DNA from: Plasmodiophora brassicae
Lineage: Eukaryota
Reading direction: 5' to 3'
NCBI GenBank assembly: GCA_036867785.1
Contig: CP145410.1
Location: forward strand, 1,240,001-1,304,000
DNA length: 64,000 nt
Part shown: piece after piece, positions 33,717-46,276 of the stretch
How positions within the stretch are numbered: position 1 is the stretch's first letter
Layout of the letters: each line of letters opens with the position of its first letter
Program-made: the position numbers and the translations under genes
The notes under the pieces: model-generated
The model's database searches: none
What the model was told of the DNA's origin: nothing
The model's input: the letters and a program-made list of their open reading frames with translations, nothing else

Positions 33717-35581
33717 ATGTCGGCAGCCGAAGCGCAGCAGTTGAAGCAGGCGGGCAACGCCGCATTTTCAGCGGGAAACAACGAGGAAGCCGTCAAGTGC
33801 TTCACGCGGGCCATTGAGATCGACAGGTCCGACCATGTCTTCTTCAGCAACCGGTCGGCGGCGTATGCCTGCCTGGGGAAGTACGAGGACGCGCGGTCCG
33901 ATGCGGAGGAATGCGTTCGTTTGGCCCCCACCTGGGCGAAGGGATACTCGCGCCTGGGCCTTGCTCTGTTCAACTTGAGGGAATACGAGAAGGCTCGTGA
34001 GGCATACGCACGCGGCCTTGAAATCGAGCCGGAAAATGCGAGCCTGAAGGAAGGCATGGAGGAGGTGAAGAACGCGACGGAGCGTCCGTCGCCATTCGGG
34101 CAGATGTTTGGCCCAGACGTCATCGCGAAGATCCGCCTGAATCCCCGCATCTCACACTTCCTGGATGACCCCAGCTATGTGGCCAAGATCCAAATGTTGC
34201 AGAAGAATCCGGACACGTTGTCGATGTTCATGAAGGACCAGCAGATCATGGTGACGATGATGGCCTTGATGGGTATCAGTGGTGAAATGGGCGACCTTGG
34301 TGGTGAGGAACCATCTGCAATGGAGCGTGATGAAGAGCCTCCGCGATACGAAGAGGCTGCTGCTCAACCGTCGGCAGCGCCTAACGCATCGCCGGAGCCT
34401 CCAAAGGTGAGCAGAGGCACGCGCGCGTCAATGGTAAGGGAGTACTGACAACGTTTGTGTCTAGCCCGAATTGTCGGAAGAGGAGCAGAAGGCCATCTCT
34501 GAGAAAGAGGCAGGCAATGCAGCGTACAAGAAGCGAGATTTCGATACCGCTCTGGCATGCTACGGGCGCGCATTGGAGTTGACGCCGTCTAACCCTGTCC
34601 TGCTGCTGAACATTGCTGCCGTGCACCTGGAAGCTGGCAGGACGGAGCAGTGTATTGAAAGCTGTCAGAAGTGTGTCGAAATGTGCCGTGATCAGGGCGG
34701 GCAGCTTGCGACCGTCGCCAAGGCTTTCTCTCGAATGGGGAATGCCTACCAGAAGGTCGACAGATTATCGGATGCGATCAAGTCCTACGAAAGCTCTCTT
34801 GTTGAGCACTACGATCGAACGGTTGAGAAGAAGCTGAAAGAGATCAAGGCGCTGAAAGAGAAGACTGACCGGGAGGCGTACCTCGATGTAAGCTGACATG
34901 GAATTGTCGTTTGTCTGGCCCTTGTATTAACGCTACGTGTATTGCGCAGGAAGCGAAGGGCCTAGAGCACAAGGAGGCAGGCAATAAGTTGTTCCAGGAG
35001 GGCAACTGGACAAGCGCTATCGCCGAGTATAGCGAGTCCATTCGGCGAAACCCTAATGACCATCGTACCTACAGCAACCGTGCAGCGGTATGTGATCGAA
35101 GCGTTTGATTCACAGTTGGAATGAGCGGTTGACCAAATTTCCGCAGTGCTACACCAAGCTGATGGAATGGAACAACGCGTTGGATGACGTCAATAAGGCC
35201 ATCGAGCTTGACCCGACCTTCGTCAAGGCATACATTCGGAAGGGCCAGATCGAAATGTTCCTCAAGCAATACCACAAGGCGCGAGAGACCTACCAGGCTG
35301 GTCTGAAGCTGGACCCGCAATGCCAGGAGCTCCACGATGGTCTGATGAAGGTGGAGGCGGCCGTCTACAACGAGAACGCCTCCGGCGAGATCGATCCGGA
35401 GAGGCAGGCCCGTGCAATGGCTGACCCAGAGGTGCAACGCATTGTTCAGGATCCCCATATGCAAAACGTGCTGGCCCAGATACAGAGCGATCCGTCGATG
35501 GCTCAGAAGGCGTTCTTGGACCCCGAGATCCGCAAGAAGCTGGACGTGCTAATCAGCGCGGGAATCCTTCGCGTGAAGTGA
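33717..35581 (+). CDS. STI1: Hsp70-Hsp90 organising protein STI1/HOP
   Basis: TPR1 (KQAGNAAF..FSNRSAAY..WAKGYSRLG), DP1, TPR2A (EKEAGNAAYKKRDF), TPR2B, DP2 (AMADPEVQRIVQDP..LISAGILR). Confidence 0.95.
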
Positions 35582-35648
35582 CTTGGAGGCGCGTCGAATG
35601 TCCCGCCCACGGATACATGATTGCATAAATGTGTATCAGTGGAGGCGC

Positions 35649-36756
35649 TTAAGTGGGTGTAGATGACTGGACCTTCTTGCCGAGGTAGACTTTGGAGTAT
35701 TCAGTCATGCCCTGGCCGCTTCCGACAACGCCCACACGCCCGTCGACAGTGTCAGGGCTGCGGAACATGCTCTCCTTCTTAAGAGCGCCCTTTTGGATTG
35801 CGTTCGACTGAAACGCTTGCCACGAGCTCTTCTTGGTCTGCGTCTGATCGTCCATTTTCTTGAAACGATGCGTGCTCTTGATCGCCTTAATGCGCGCCCG
35901 CTTGGCCTTCTTCTGCACCTCACTATCACCAGGAAGTATTTTCAGGGCATCGGGAATAACGGGTTTCTCTGGCACCGGTTCTGATGCTCCACGAGTCATT
36001 TCACTCGCCGCTCGCTTTCTGGAGGCAGCGCTCAACTTGACGTGGTCGACGGTAACCTGCACATTAGCAACCTGAGTATTTGACCAGCGACGAGCCAATT
36101 TCGCCTTCTGCGAACCTGGCCTGGGTGGTTGTAATCTGTGAAGAACACTGTGATGGTCCCATCATCTTCAATCGATTGAACTTCGGCGTTGTAGAACAGG
36201 CCGTCCTGCTCATAGATTGCAGACAGCTTCATCCCGACCTCCAGATCAGTGAGTGCGACCTGTGGCGTCACGTTAATGAGCAAAGCAACGACGACGTCAA
36301 CCTGGGTTCATCGGCTACCTCTCTTTCCGGCCGGAGCGCCTTGGCTGACAGCCCCGCCTCTGTATTTCCATAATCGAGGAATATAACGTCGTATTTGTCA
36401 TCGACAATACTTGTAATCCTGGCACTGTACCATTGATTATCTTCACTCCATCGGGCGAGACACCGGTCCCCAACCGCCCAATTTCTTAACACCTATGCAG
36501 CGCGTCATTGTCTGCAAACATCAGGCATGTAGACGAAGAGGCTTACTCTAGGCGCCGTCGGCGTGCCACCTTGTTCGTGCTTCGTCCGAACGTTCAGCAG
36601 GTTTTGTGTAAGATCGATGACAGTTAGCAGATCGTTGCGCAGTGCAATAAGAGTGTCATCACCAGCCTTCGTCAAGAGAAGCTGCTCGACAGACTGCAGA
36701 TTACGCCGGTGCTCAGCGAGCTTCGCCGACAGCTCCTCGACGGATTGCTGCGCCAT
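35649..36756 (-). CDS. SMNDC1: Splicing factor SPF30/SMNDC1-like with two Tudor domains
   Basis: N-terminal helical hairpin LQSVEQLL..LRNDLLTVIDLT; Tudor WAVGDRCLARWSEDNQWY..FLDYGN; C-terminal KKSSWQAF..SMFRSPDTVDGRVGVVGSGQGMT. Confidence 0.9.
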
Positions 36757-37593
36757 GTTCACCGAGCGCGCCTCTGGACAACGACGTTTGCAACGAGGCA
36801 ACGACCGTCACCGCGGACTTCCGCACGTCCAAAAATATTAACGGTGACTGCCAGCTCTTCGGCACCACCCTCTTTGTTGTGACTTGTCCGCCGTTCCGCG
36901 GCTGGGCACGACCTCAGGCTCAAGGGCACGACCCAAGTCTAACCGTACGACGCGATCGCTCCAGATCAGCAATAACAGTGCCCCAAGCAACGTACAAATT
37001 CCTTAGAAACGACCGACGTGGTGTCACGTTCGTGGGGCGCCTGCGAACTGGGAGAAAGGGACCAAGTCTATGTATCTGCTACTGCAGTATCAAAAGCGTT
37101 GAAGGCTTTTGCTACCATTCATCCCGTTGGCAAACATTGAACTTGCCGTCGTAACATCTCACAACAACGCCGGTTGCATGCGACGCAAACAACCGAACAC
37201 AACAACCGACGGATACGCCGCAACCGGTCCGACCTCAAGGGAACCCTGCCAAGACGCCAGCACCTAGGCCTCAGAGGGCAGATCTTAGTGACGGGAATGG
37301 ATACGGCGCACCCGATCCGGCCGCAAGGGAATCCAACGCCAGTCGCCGACCTACACATAGAGCCCAACCACCGAGGCAAGCAGACCACGCTCGGCGGAGG
37401 TGCCACTTGTCCCGGTGCTGTGAAAAACTTGACCCTTCGTCCCTTCCATTACTATAGCCTATCACCCCATTGGATACAGCGACGGTTGCTCTCTCCGGTG
37501 CGCTCCTGTTCAGCGTTCCGCCCTGTGGCGCTGCGGAATTTCGAGCCCCCCGGCGCTGCCCGCACCGCGCGTTCCAGGTGCGGTGGTGCACGA

Positions 37594-40500
37594 ATGGCCG
37601 GAGATGGCGCGGTCGGATCGACGCGTCTGGATCGTCTTTTCTCGCTTCTCGAGGGTGCCGTCGGACGCAGGTGCCAGCACAAGTCTCGTCTGACGCGTGG
37701 CCGTTTGGTGTAGTCGGGTCGAACACGTTGACGAAGAGGACGGCAGCGCAACAGATCGGTGATGTCCAGAAGTACCACCCGCACGAACTCCAGAACCTGT
37801 TGTTCCGGGTAGGCTGGCCGTTGTTTTACCACAGGACGTCAACGGATGATTGTTTACATGCTTCGTAGTTGCGGCCCTATCTACTGCATAAGAACTGGGA
37901 GACGAGGACCGCAGCTGGAGTGGCTATCGACGCCATTATCGCTAATGTCGAGCAGTTCAACCCAGACTGGTCTGCAGCCGGTACGGCTACAGAAGCGGAC
38001 GGGGCCGCATTCAAGACCGCCCTTCGCTTCTCGGATTTCAACCTTCTCGAGATCATGCAGAAGGGGCAACCTCTCCTGGCGTCTGGCGGAACGGTGGAGG
38101 CGCCACCTGTAACCTAAGACGTCAAGGACTAACGTCCTAGTGTAGGAATTTGACGACGGCGATGACATGAAAAGTCTCGACCCCAAAGCACGCATCGAAA
38201 TTCAGAAGAAACGTTTACTGAAGCGGATCGGGTTCATCGAGAAGGTTGACGAGGACCTGGAGAATATATTCAAGGACGAAGACTTCGAAGTGGTACAGCC
38301 GTCGGCATCTGCCGCTGACACGTCGGTTACGGCTCTTCGTTAAGATCCCGAGTACCGCTGACGATGGTTCCGCACAGTTCCAGATCGTCTGCCGTGACGG
38401 TCATGTCGTCAATGGAGAACATAAGTTCGCGGGAGCGAAATCGTCTCAAGCGACTTGAGAAGAAGCAGGCGAAACAACGCGGTGCTCCTAAACCGGCCGC
38501 ATCTAGCACGCTGAAGGAACACACACCGCAGACTGGTCAGATAGATTCTACTGTATTTCGGCTTGCTTGATGAAACCAACTGATTGGTGATTCTGTTTAG
38601 TTGTCGGTGACGCTGTCACCGATCCAACTGCGGCTGTGAATTACCGTGTCGAATGGCCGTTCACAGCATTCTGCGAACAGTTGCTTCATGACGTGTTTGA
38701 CCGCGTTTGGGAGGTTCGGCATGGCGCTGGGATCGGGATCCGGACAATTCTGCAATCGTTCGTTATGCCTAATGTTACGGAGGGTTCTTTTCTGAAGCTC
38801 GCTTCTCGCTAGACACGGAAGATGCAGTGGTATGTCGGTCTTATACGCGTCGTCTGACGATGACCTAGCGGTTCAGCATCAGGAGTGGGTCAACGATTGC
38901 GCCATCCGATTGCTTTGCGTCCAGGCTCTCGACAAGTTCTCCGACTACTCATCTGGACAGGTATTCGCCCGAGCGTCTGGAATGAAGTGAACTGAGTAAT
39001 TCTCCCAAGGCCGTTTGCCCTGTCCGTGAGACGTGCTCGCAAGCCCTGGGTGTCTTGATGCAACACGCCTCAGACGGCACTGTTCGAGCAGTTCGAGAAT
39101 GTCTTCTGCAGCTTATCGTACGACGACCTTTCTTCTGGCGGCCTACCTTCGCTAACGTGTGTGTAGATGCGCGAAGAGTGGGAGCCGAGACACAGCGGTT
39201 ATCTTGGATTGAAGTACGTTCTTGCAGTCCGGCAGGATCTTGTCCTCGAATATCTTGACACTGTACTTCCCGCTATGATTCGTGGGTTAAGCGACGAGTA
39301 TGTTTTCCTACGCGAATAAGTGCTTGAGCTGACGGTAGCCGTAGATCGGATGACGTTCGTGCTATTGTTTCTGAATCACTGCTTCCGATCCACAAAGAGA
39401 TTGTTGTTAATGCACCTGCCCGTCTTCCTGATCTCCTCAGCGCGCTCTGGGGCGGGCTGTTATTTTTCGATGAACTGAGCTCGTCAACAGCCAGTCTCCT
39501 GAAAGTCATTTCTGCCTTGTATTCCCACAGCGAAGTCTTCCAGTGCGAGATGCAATGTGGGCTCGACGCCTATATTCCTCGAATATTTCCTTCACTGGTT
39601 CACAGCAGTGTCAGCGTCAGAACCACAGCGGTTGAGGCTTTGCAAAGGATCGCAACGGCTGCCTCTAACCATCCTCACTCCTGGCTTCAGCTTGACCTGC
39701 TTTGCACATGGCTGAGGGTCCAGTTCCAAGTACTTCTTGTCGAGGAAAACGATATTGTCGTCGAGCGCTGCTTCACCCTCTGGAGGACTCTCCTTGATAT
39801 CGCTTCTAAGGTTTTTGTAAGCATACTGGACAGCGGATTCATTGAACCGTTGTGCCGATTAGCAAGCGCTGGTCCCCACGAAAACCTCTCTCCGAATTTG
39901 CTGATCGACTTGTCGCTGTATACCCAATCCGATGGGGAACGCCCTGCCAAGCGCCCAAAGACCGGCAGTGGCGATGGACCCCAGATTAAGGGTTCAACGT
40001 CAATGGTGCTGCGAGGAGCACGTGGGATTGCCATTCTCTTGCCGTTTCTCGCTAACGATGAAGCCCGGAACGCGGTTGTTGCTCTGTTGCAAGAACTTCG
40101 AGCATACAGCCGAATTTGTGGGACGGCGGTATTCACCGACGTCGCCTTCAAGCCATCGCTGCCACTTCTGATTGCAAACCTGGGTATACGCGCTGCCCAA
40201 GTCCACCTATTGATAGTCTACGATACCTTATTTGGTGATATTACAGGGTCTCTTGACGATGCACCTGCGAACTTTGCTGAGTTTTCTTACCATCGCTCGC
40301 GCCTGGAGGCATTAGTATGTATATAGTGTAGCTCGTAATTGGCCACAGTGTCTGACTGGTCTACAACAGGCCCGGGACCTTGCCCAGAGCACGGGACTGG
40401 TGGTCAATCTGGATACGATCGCCCCTGAGGTTGCTCTGCAGATCGCGACCTCTGCCCCTGTCGGGAATAACCAAAGAGCGTCTCAGCTTCAGCAGGCCGT

Positions 40501-43500
40501 GCTGGCGTCGAAAGGTAGAAACGTAGTTTCACAGTGTCCCCATCATGTACTCATGGATCGGCAGGACGTCTTGATACGGAATCCAGGGCGCTGGTGAACA
40601 CCATCCGAGCTCTTGCTGCAGCCGCCCTAATCACTGCTGACTACTTTCCAGAGAAGCTAAGCCCTCTGATTAACCCTCTACTACGAGGTGTGGAGAAGCA
40701 GCGTCAGGAACAGCTTCAAAAACGATCTGCGACCGCTTTAGGTTTGGGAGGACACGATATAGCGCAAACGGTGTCTCACGTCATGTCAAGGTATCCTGGT
40801 TCACAAATGCTGCTCGCGAGGGGTCATGATTCAAAAGCTTTTGGCGAAACTTATTCCAATGGCGACGATTGGGCGTACTGAAGTTACCCTGGTACGGTGA
40901 CATGGTCAGTCTGCGTTTTTATGTTGCTAAATGCATAATGTCGAAAGACTGAAGAGCGTGACATCGAACTTCGCGGAGCACAAGCCGTTCTTGAGGCGCT
41001 ATGTGCGTCAGCCGGAGATGATCTGTTTGAATCGCTTCCAGTCATCTGGCAGCGTGCGCAGACAGTTCTTGAGGCCTTCAAGCAAGCGCTCTCGGCGCAT
41101 GTCCAGACAGCCCCGTCATGGTTAGATGATGCAACACAGGTTATTGCCTTGATCCAAGGAATGAGATGTGTTTCGTATCTCAACCTTAAGCAGGATTCTA
41201 TCTTCCGCGAGTTGATGATTATTAAGCACCTGCTTACTTTTGTAAAAGCTGAGAACCCGAGAAGCCGTGTGCTGTCGTTGCTCCCGCTCGTCTGCTGCTG
41301 CCTCGAGTATCCGTCCGAATCTATTCGAAACCAAGCTGCATCGTGCATTACCGACTTCTGCCACGCGGACGTTGTTCTTACTCTGGAATACGGTATGGCT
41401 GATCTGTCTTCGAATGCGGCGTCATTTATGCATTGTTGCAGTGATCGACAACGTGCTGCCTAATTTCAACCGTTCCGATGCCGATCAGCTAAGGTTTGCA
41501 TCGATGCTCGCCCTGCATTCCATCTTGACAGAGATCGGCGTTCACGCGACCCCATACTTGGCCTTTCTGGTTCGGCCAGTGTTGGCGCGTACAACAGATC
41601 CTTGCCCAGGTATCGCCTTCAACTCGTCTTTACGGTCTGAACTTACCCAGTGTGCAGAGGTTCGCGATCTCGCGAGCATGACGTTTGCAGCTGCTGTTCG
41701 CCTGATCCCTCTGGAATCAGGTGTTCCGAACCCGCCTGGCATGAGTGCTGAAGTACGTGTCGGGGTTGTGGTTTGGGGCGTGATCTAACGCCGCGCGAAC
41801 CTCACAGTTGGCACATAAGCGCATTGAGGAAAGGGCATTTATTTCTCAAATTGTTGATGGATCGAAAATTCCCGACTATGTCGTCCGCGTTCCGATCAAG
41901 GCCACTCTGCGAAGATACCAACAGGAGGGTGTGAATTGGTTGGCGTTCATGCAACAGTTCAATCTGCACGGGTTTGTTGCTTTCATCTCGTATTCCATTG
42001 CGGTTCCTGACGGTCGGGTCTGCTACTAGGATTCTATGTGACGATATGGGCCTGGGTAAAACTCTCCAAACTGTGTGCATTCTTGCGTCGAGCGTGCGGG
42101 CCAATCGAGATTCAGGGCTGGAAAGTCTCCCCTCTCTCGGTATAACGAGCCAACAGTATGTTATGCAAGATCACTAACGAGCGCTCTGGAACAGTTATCT
42201 GTCCTTCAACACTCGTGCGGCACTGGCCTGCCGAAATTGAGAAGTTTTGTGATCCTGGCGACCTTTCTGGTTTCTGCTACGATGGAACGGCTTCCGAACG
42301 TGCCGAAGTTCGCCGTGGGTTAATGGACACCGTCAAGGACAATGTGCTTGTAATGTCATATAACGTAAGCTCGACGTGTCAGACAGAGCGAAGACAAATC
42401 TGACTGGTGCCTCTTCAGACGTGGCGGAGTGACATGGCTCACTTTGAACATGTCAACTGGAACTACTGTGTCTTGGATGAGGGTCATATTATCAAGAACC
42501 CCAAATCTAAGATAACGGAATCGGTTAAACGCGTCAGAGCCCGCCATCGCCTTGTTCTTTCTGGGACCCCCATTCAGAACAACGTCTTGGATCTGTGGTC
42601 GATTTTCGATTTCCTCATGCCCGGATACCTCGGTCCGATCGGCACTTCAATGTATCTACTCTGCTGTTTGCTGACCTGTATCTGCAGGAACTTACACATA
42701 TTTCAACGCGCACTTCGCCAAGCCTATTTCACTCGGCGCCTCTGCGAAAGCGAGTGACCGCGATCAGGAGGCGTCCATCAAGGCTCTCGAGTCACTTCAC
42801 AAACAAGTTTTGCCATTCCTGCTTCGTCGTGTCAAAGGGCAAGTTCTTGACGATCTCCCTGAGAAAATCATTCAGGACTACTATTGCGATATGTCTCCTC
42901 TGCAGGTCTTGTCTGAGTCATGATACGTGGAGTCGCGGATTGATTTGTATCCCAGGTTGAACTGTATGAATCGTTTTCTCGCAGCACCGCCGTGGAGGAA
43001 GCTCAACAGGATCTTTCCTACGACACGACAAAGCAAAGTGGCGACGCTGGCGCGCAACACGTGTTCCAGGTTCTGCAGTATCTTCGCAAGCTCGTTACTC
43101 ACCCTGCGCTCGTGTTGAACCCATCCCATCCCGATTACGAGAATGTTATGCAGGAACTTGCTGCATCCAAACGATCCTTGAGGGATATTGGTACGTTATC
43201 GCACGCAATTGGGCGCATGTGTGGCCTAACCCTGTCTGTAAGACATTGCCCCGAAATTCCTTGCACTGCAACAGCTGCTGCTGGACTGTGGCATTGGTAC
43301 GACAGCGGACTCGACAACAGGCATGGCAGTCAGCCAGCACCGCGTTCTCCTTTTCGCCCAACTCAAATCCGTTCTGGACCTGGTCCAGAAGGACCTCTTC
43401 GAGAGGCATATGCCGACTGTAACATTCGCAAGGTTGCTGCAACGCCATTCTGCAACGACGTGTTCTGACGTTCCGCAGATTGGATGGAAGCATGTCTTCG

Positions 43501-44206
43501 AAAGACCGGTTCGAGGTTGTCAAGAAGTTCAATGAGGACCCGTCGATCGATGTGCTTCTGCTTACAACGCGCATTGGCGGTCTTGGTCTCAACTTGACCG
43601 GCGCTGACACAGTCATATTCATGGAGCATGACTGGAACCCGTCGAACGACTTGCAGGCTATGGACCGCGCCCATCGTATTGGTCAAACCAAGGTTGTAAG
43701 CGTGCTCGCTCGTATTGGATGGACGCTCACCATCGTTGTAGGTTGTGAACGTCTACCGCTTACTCACCAGAAATACGCTGGAAGAAAAGGTATTTCAGAT
43801 GGTGTTGGATTCCCTGGAAACAGCGCTGTAATATGCTTGTTCAGATCATGCGACTCCAGAAGTGGAAGCAGAGCATCGCCGATACTGTCATCACCGAGGA
43901 TAACACCTCCTTGCGGTTCGTCGACCGTTTCGTCATCCGTTCTGTCTGCCACTCACGCTGCTTAGGTCAATGGACACGGGACAAGTTCTCGATTTGATGA
44001 AGATATCATCGGAGCGAATGGCTCCAGCGACCCGTGCGGCGGCCCCATCGGCAGGCGCAGCAGAACAGCTCGACGCCTTTGGCAACATCCCAAGCGGAAA
44101 GAAGACCGGTTTGAAAGCTATGCTTGACGGTCTTCAGGAACTTTGGGACGAGTCACAGTACGAGGAAGAGTACAGCATCAACCAGTTCCTCAGCAAGCTA
44201 CGATAA
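37594..44206 (+). CDS. BTAF1: TBP-associated Snf2 ATPase Mot1/BTAF1, many introns
   Basis: [96 protein letters not shown]. Confidence 0.95.
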
Positions 44207-44243
44207 ACGTTTCCATCAGCTCATCTTGGCCGCCGCTGCCTTG

Positions 44244-44969
44244 CTATTCTTGTATTCTGTAGTATGAATTTGTCTCCACAACCTGGTCGGTGCGGACGAT
44301 GATGACGTCGCGGTCCGTTCCAGGACTGGATCGGGCTTGCTCCAGATTCCCGACACTCGCCCAGCATCTCGACCGCTGGGACGCGGGGTCCACGAACTCG
44401 ACAGCGGAGGCATCGTCCTTCCGTTTCCCAACGACGATAATGTAGTGTCCAACGAACGATGCGGCTGACGTGTTGGCTCCAGGGGTCCAGCAGTCCTCAC
44501 AGCGCAGGACGTTGCGGTCGACGAGAACGATTGCTACACAGTTCTGCCAGGACGACAGATGCCCGATGGACACATCTGTCGTTGAGATGGGCAACCTCAA
44601 GCTAGACGCCTCCAGGAATGCGGCGCGTACGCGTTGCGATTCGCTGTCGAACGACTCGTCGGCGTAGAACCCCTGTGTCGCATGCTGCGGGTTCACCCCA
44701 GGGCACGTCGTATGCATCGTTGCCGCAATCCCACATCGATGAAGCGCTAGAAGCATGTCAACTGTCCAGATGCAATGCGTCAAGCACTGCAACTTCCAAT
44801 CGGAATATGAGTACGGCAGCCCTAGCAACCTGGTGGCACGCCTAAGATCCCAACCAGGGGGCGAGTGGCGAGCGGCGCACGATCGTTACCTGGACACCAT
44901 GACACAGCACGCCACACCGCAATCCCATGTCTCGCGTTGCGGAAAGTGTTCCACGCTTCGCAAGCGCAT
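44244..44969 (-). CDS. GUCD1: GUCD1 (C39-peptidase-like fold) protein
   Basis: VEHFPQRETWDCGVACCVM, IWTVD, GVNPQH..FY..FD..RV, IVLVD..LRCEDC, FVGHYIIVVG, ARSSPGTDRD. Confidence 0.85.
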
Positions 44970-45056
44970 CCTGTACAGACGAGAATCGTACCCGATCGGC
45001 ATCTGCCCCTGAGTATCTTCTCCCACTGGGGACCGCCACGCCATCGACGCTGCAAT

Positions 45057-45310
45057 CTACACGCGTCCTGATACGGTGACCAACTCAACATCGTCAACCT
45101 TCGCATGAGGTCCAACACTCTCCTGCTGCAGGTGAACTGGTTGGGTCTTTGAAGAGACGGGCCATTTATCCTTGATTGCAGGAAGAACATTCTCGACGAT
45201 CAGCTTGATGTACTCTTCCATGGTCGCATCGGACTGTGGCCGATCGTCAGGAAAGAGCCCAACGAGCTCCAAGAATCGTCCAAGAGGAACATTGGTGACC
45301 ACGCCTCAGC
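45057..45310. mobile_element. Mariner-like (DD39D) transposase remnant with an internal inversion
   Basis: Minus strand EEYIKLIVENVLPAIKDKWP..PVHLQQESVGPH (canonical QQDNARPH). Plus strand 45250-45309 ERAQR/SSKNRPRGTLVTTP. Confidence 0.8.
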
Positions 45311-45405
45311 AGCGACGTCGGCCAGCGTACCCGCGCGTGGTTTTCACTTTGTAAGCAGCCATCGATGGACATCCGGTAGTAGCAGCCAGCCAAGCCGACG
45401 ACCTA

Positions 45406-45469
45406 ACGCAACTGCATGAGGCTCTTCGGCACCCGGTACGCAACTGCATGAGGCTCTTCGGCACCCGGT
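45406..45469. repeat. Perfect 32-bp tandem duplication
   Basis: ACGCAACTGCATGAGGCTCTTCGGCACCCGGT occurs twice in tandem. Confidence 0.95.
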
Positions 45470-45787
45470 AGGTGGAGGTCGTGGCCACGCGAGACGAGGA
45501 TCAGGCCCGATTCCGTGGTCCGAGACGTCCATAGCCCGAGGTGGGTCGCCTTAGGTGGTACGCCAGAGTTGCAGTGCAAGACGAAACCTTCTGGCACTAG
45601 TTCAGCCATGCGCATTTCTACTTCAACATGCGCAATGAGCAGCAAAGGTGCCACCGGCGCCGGTCCCCCACTGATACTGCGGCACCGTAGCTGCATCGAC
45701 CGTACGGATTGCGTGAGCTGCGTGCGGGAGGTCCGCAGTTCAGCAGGAGGTAGTCTCGGGATCTCGGGCACTTGGCGTGGATCGATC

Positions 45788-46155
45788 ATGGGTAGTGACA
45801 TCAACGACGCCCTTGAGCGCATCTCGAAGACCAATGAGGCGCAGATGGTCCAGCAGATGTTCGCCATGATGACCGATAAGTGCTTCCTGAAGTGCATCGA
45901 GAAACCCGGCAGCCAGCTCAGCCGGTCCGACAAGGTGGCTGTCGCGCCTCCGTCGGCAGCGCCACCATTTGGAAACTGAACTTCCTGTTGTAGTCGTGTC
46001 TTGAGAACTGTATGGAACGGTATCTGGACGTCACGAAAATCTGTGGTGAAGCTGTTGCATCAAGATCGCATGTACGGATCGCACCGTGAGCCAACGTGTC
46101 AGGCTCGGAGCTGACGTTTGCAATGTCACAGAGCCACGACTCCTCGGATTGGTAA
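45788..46155 (+). CDS. TIM13: Small Tim chaperone (Tim13-like, twin CX3C)
   Basis: MTDKCFLKCIEKPGSQLSRSDK|SCLENCMERYLD. 3' end ambiguous: stop at 46089, or 46155 if a second intron is used. Confidence 0.8.
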
Positions 46156-46276
46156 TTCGCCCGGGCGAAACGATGTTTGTCGCACAAAGCTACTGACAAT
46201 ACAACCTATCACTGGCGTTAGCAAGCGCGGAAAATGTCACCCTGTGTGTGTGTGTAGTGTTGAATAATTTGTCAAG

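Noticed and set aside
45406-45469. CRISPR-like 32-bp repeat
   Set aside because: Only two adjacent copies, no spacer, no cas genes, eukaryotic context.
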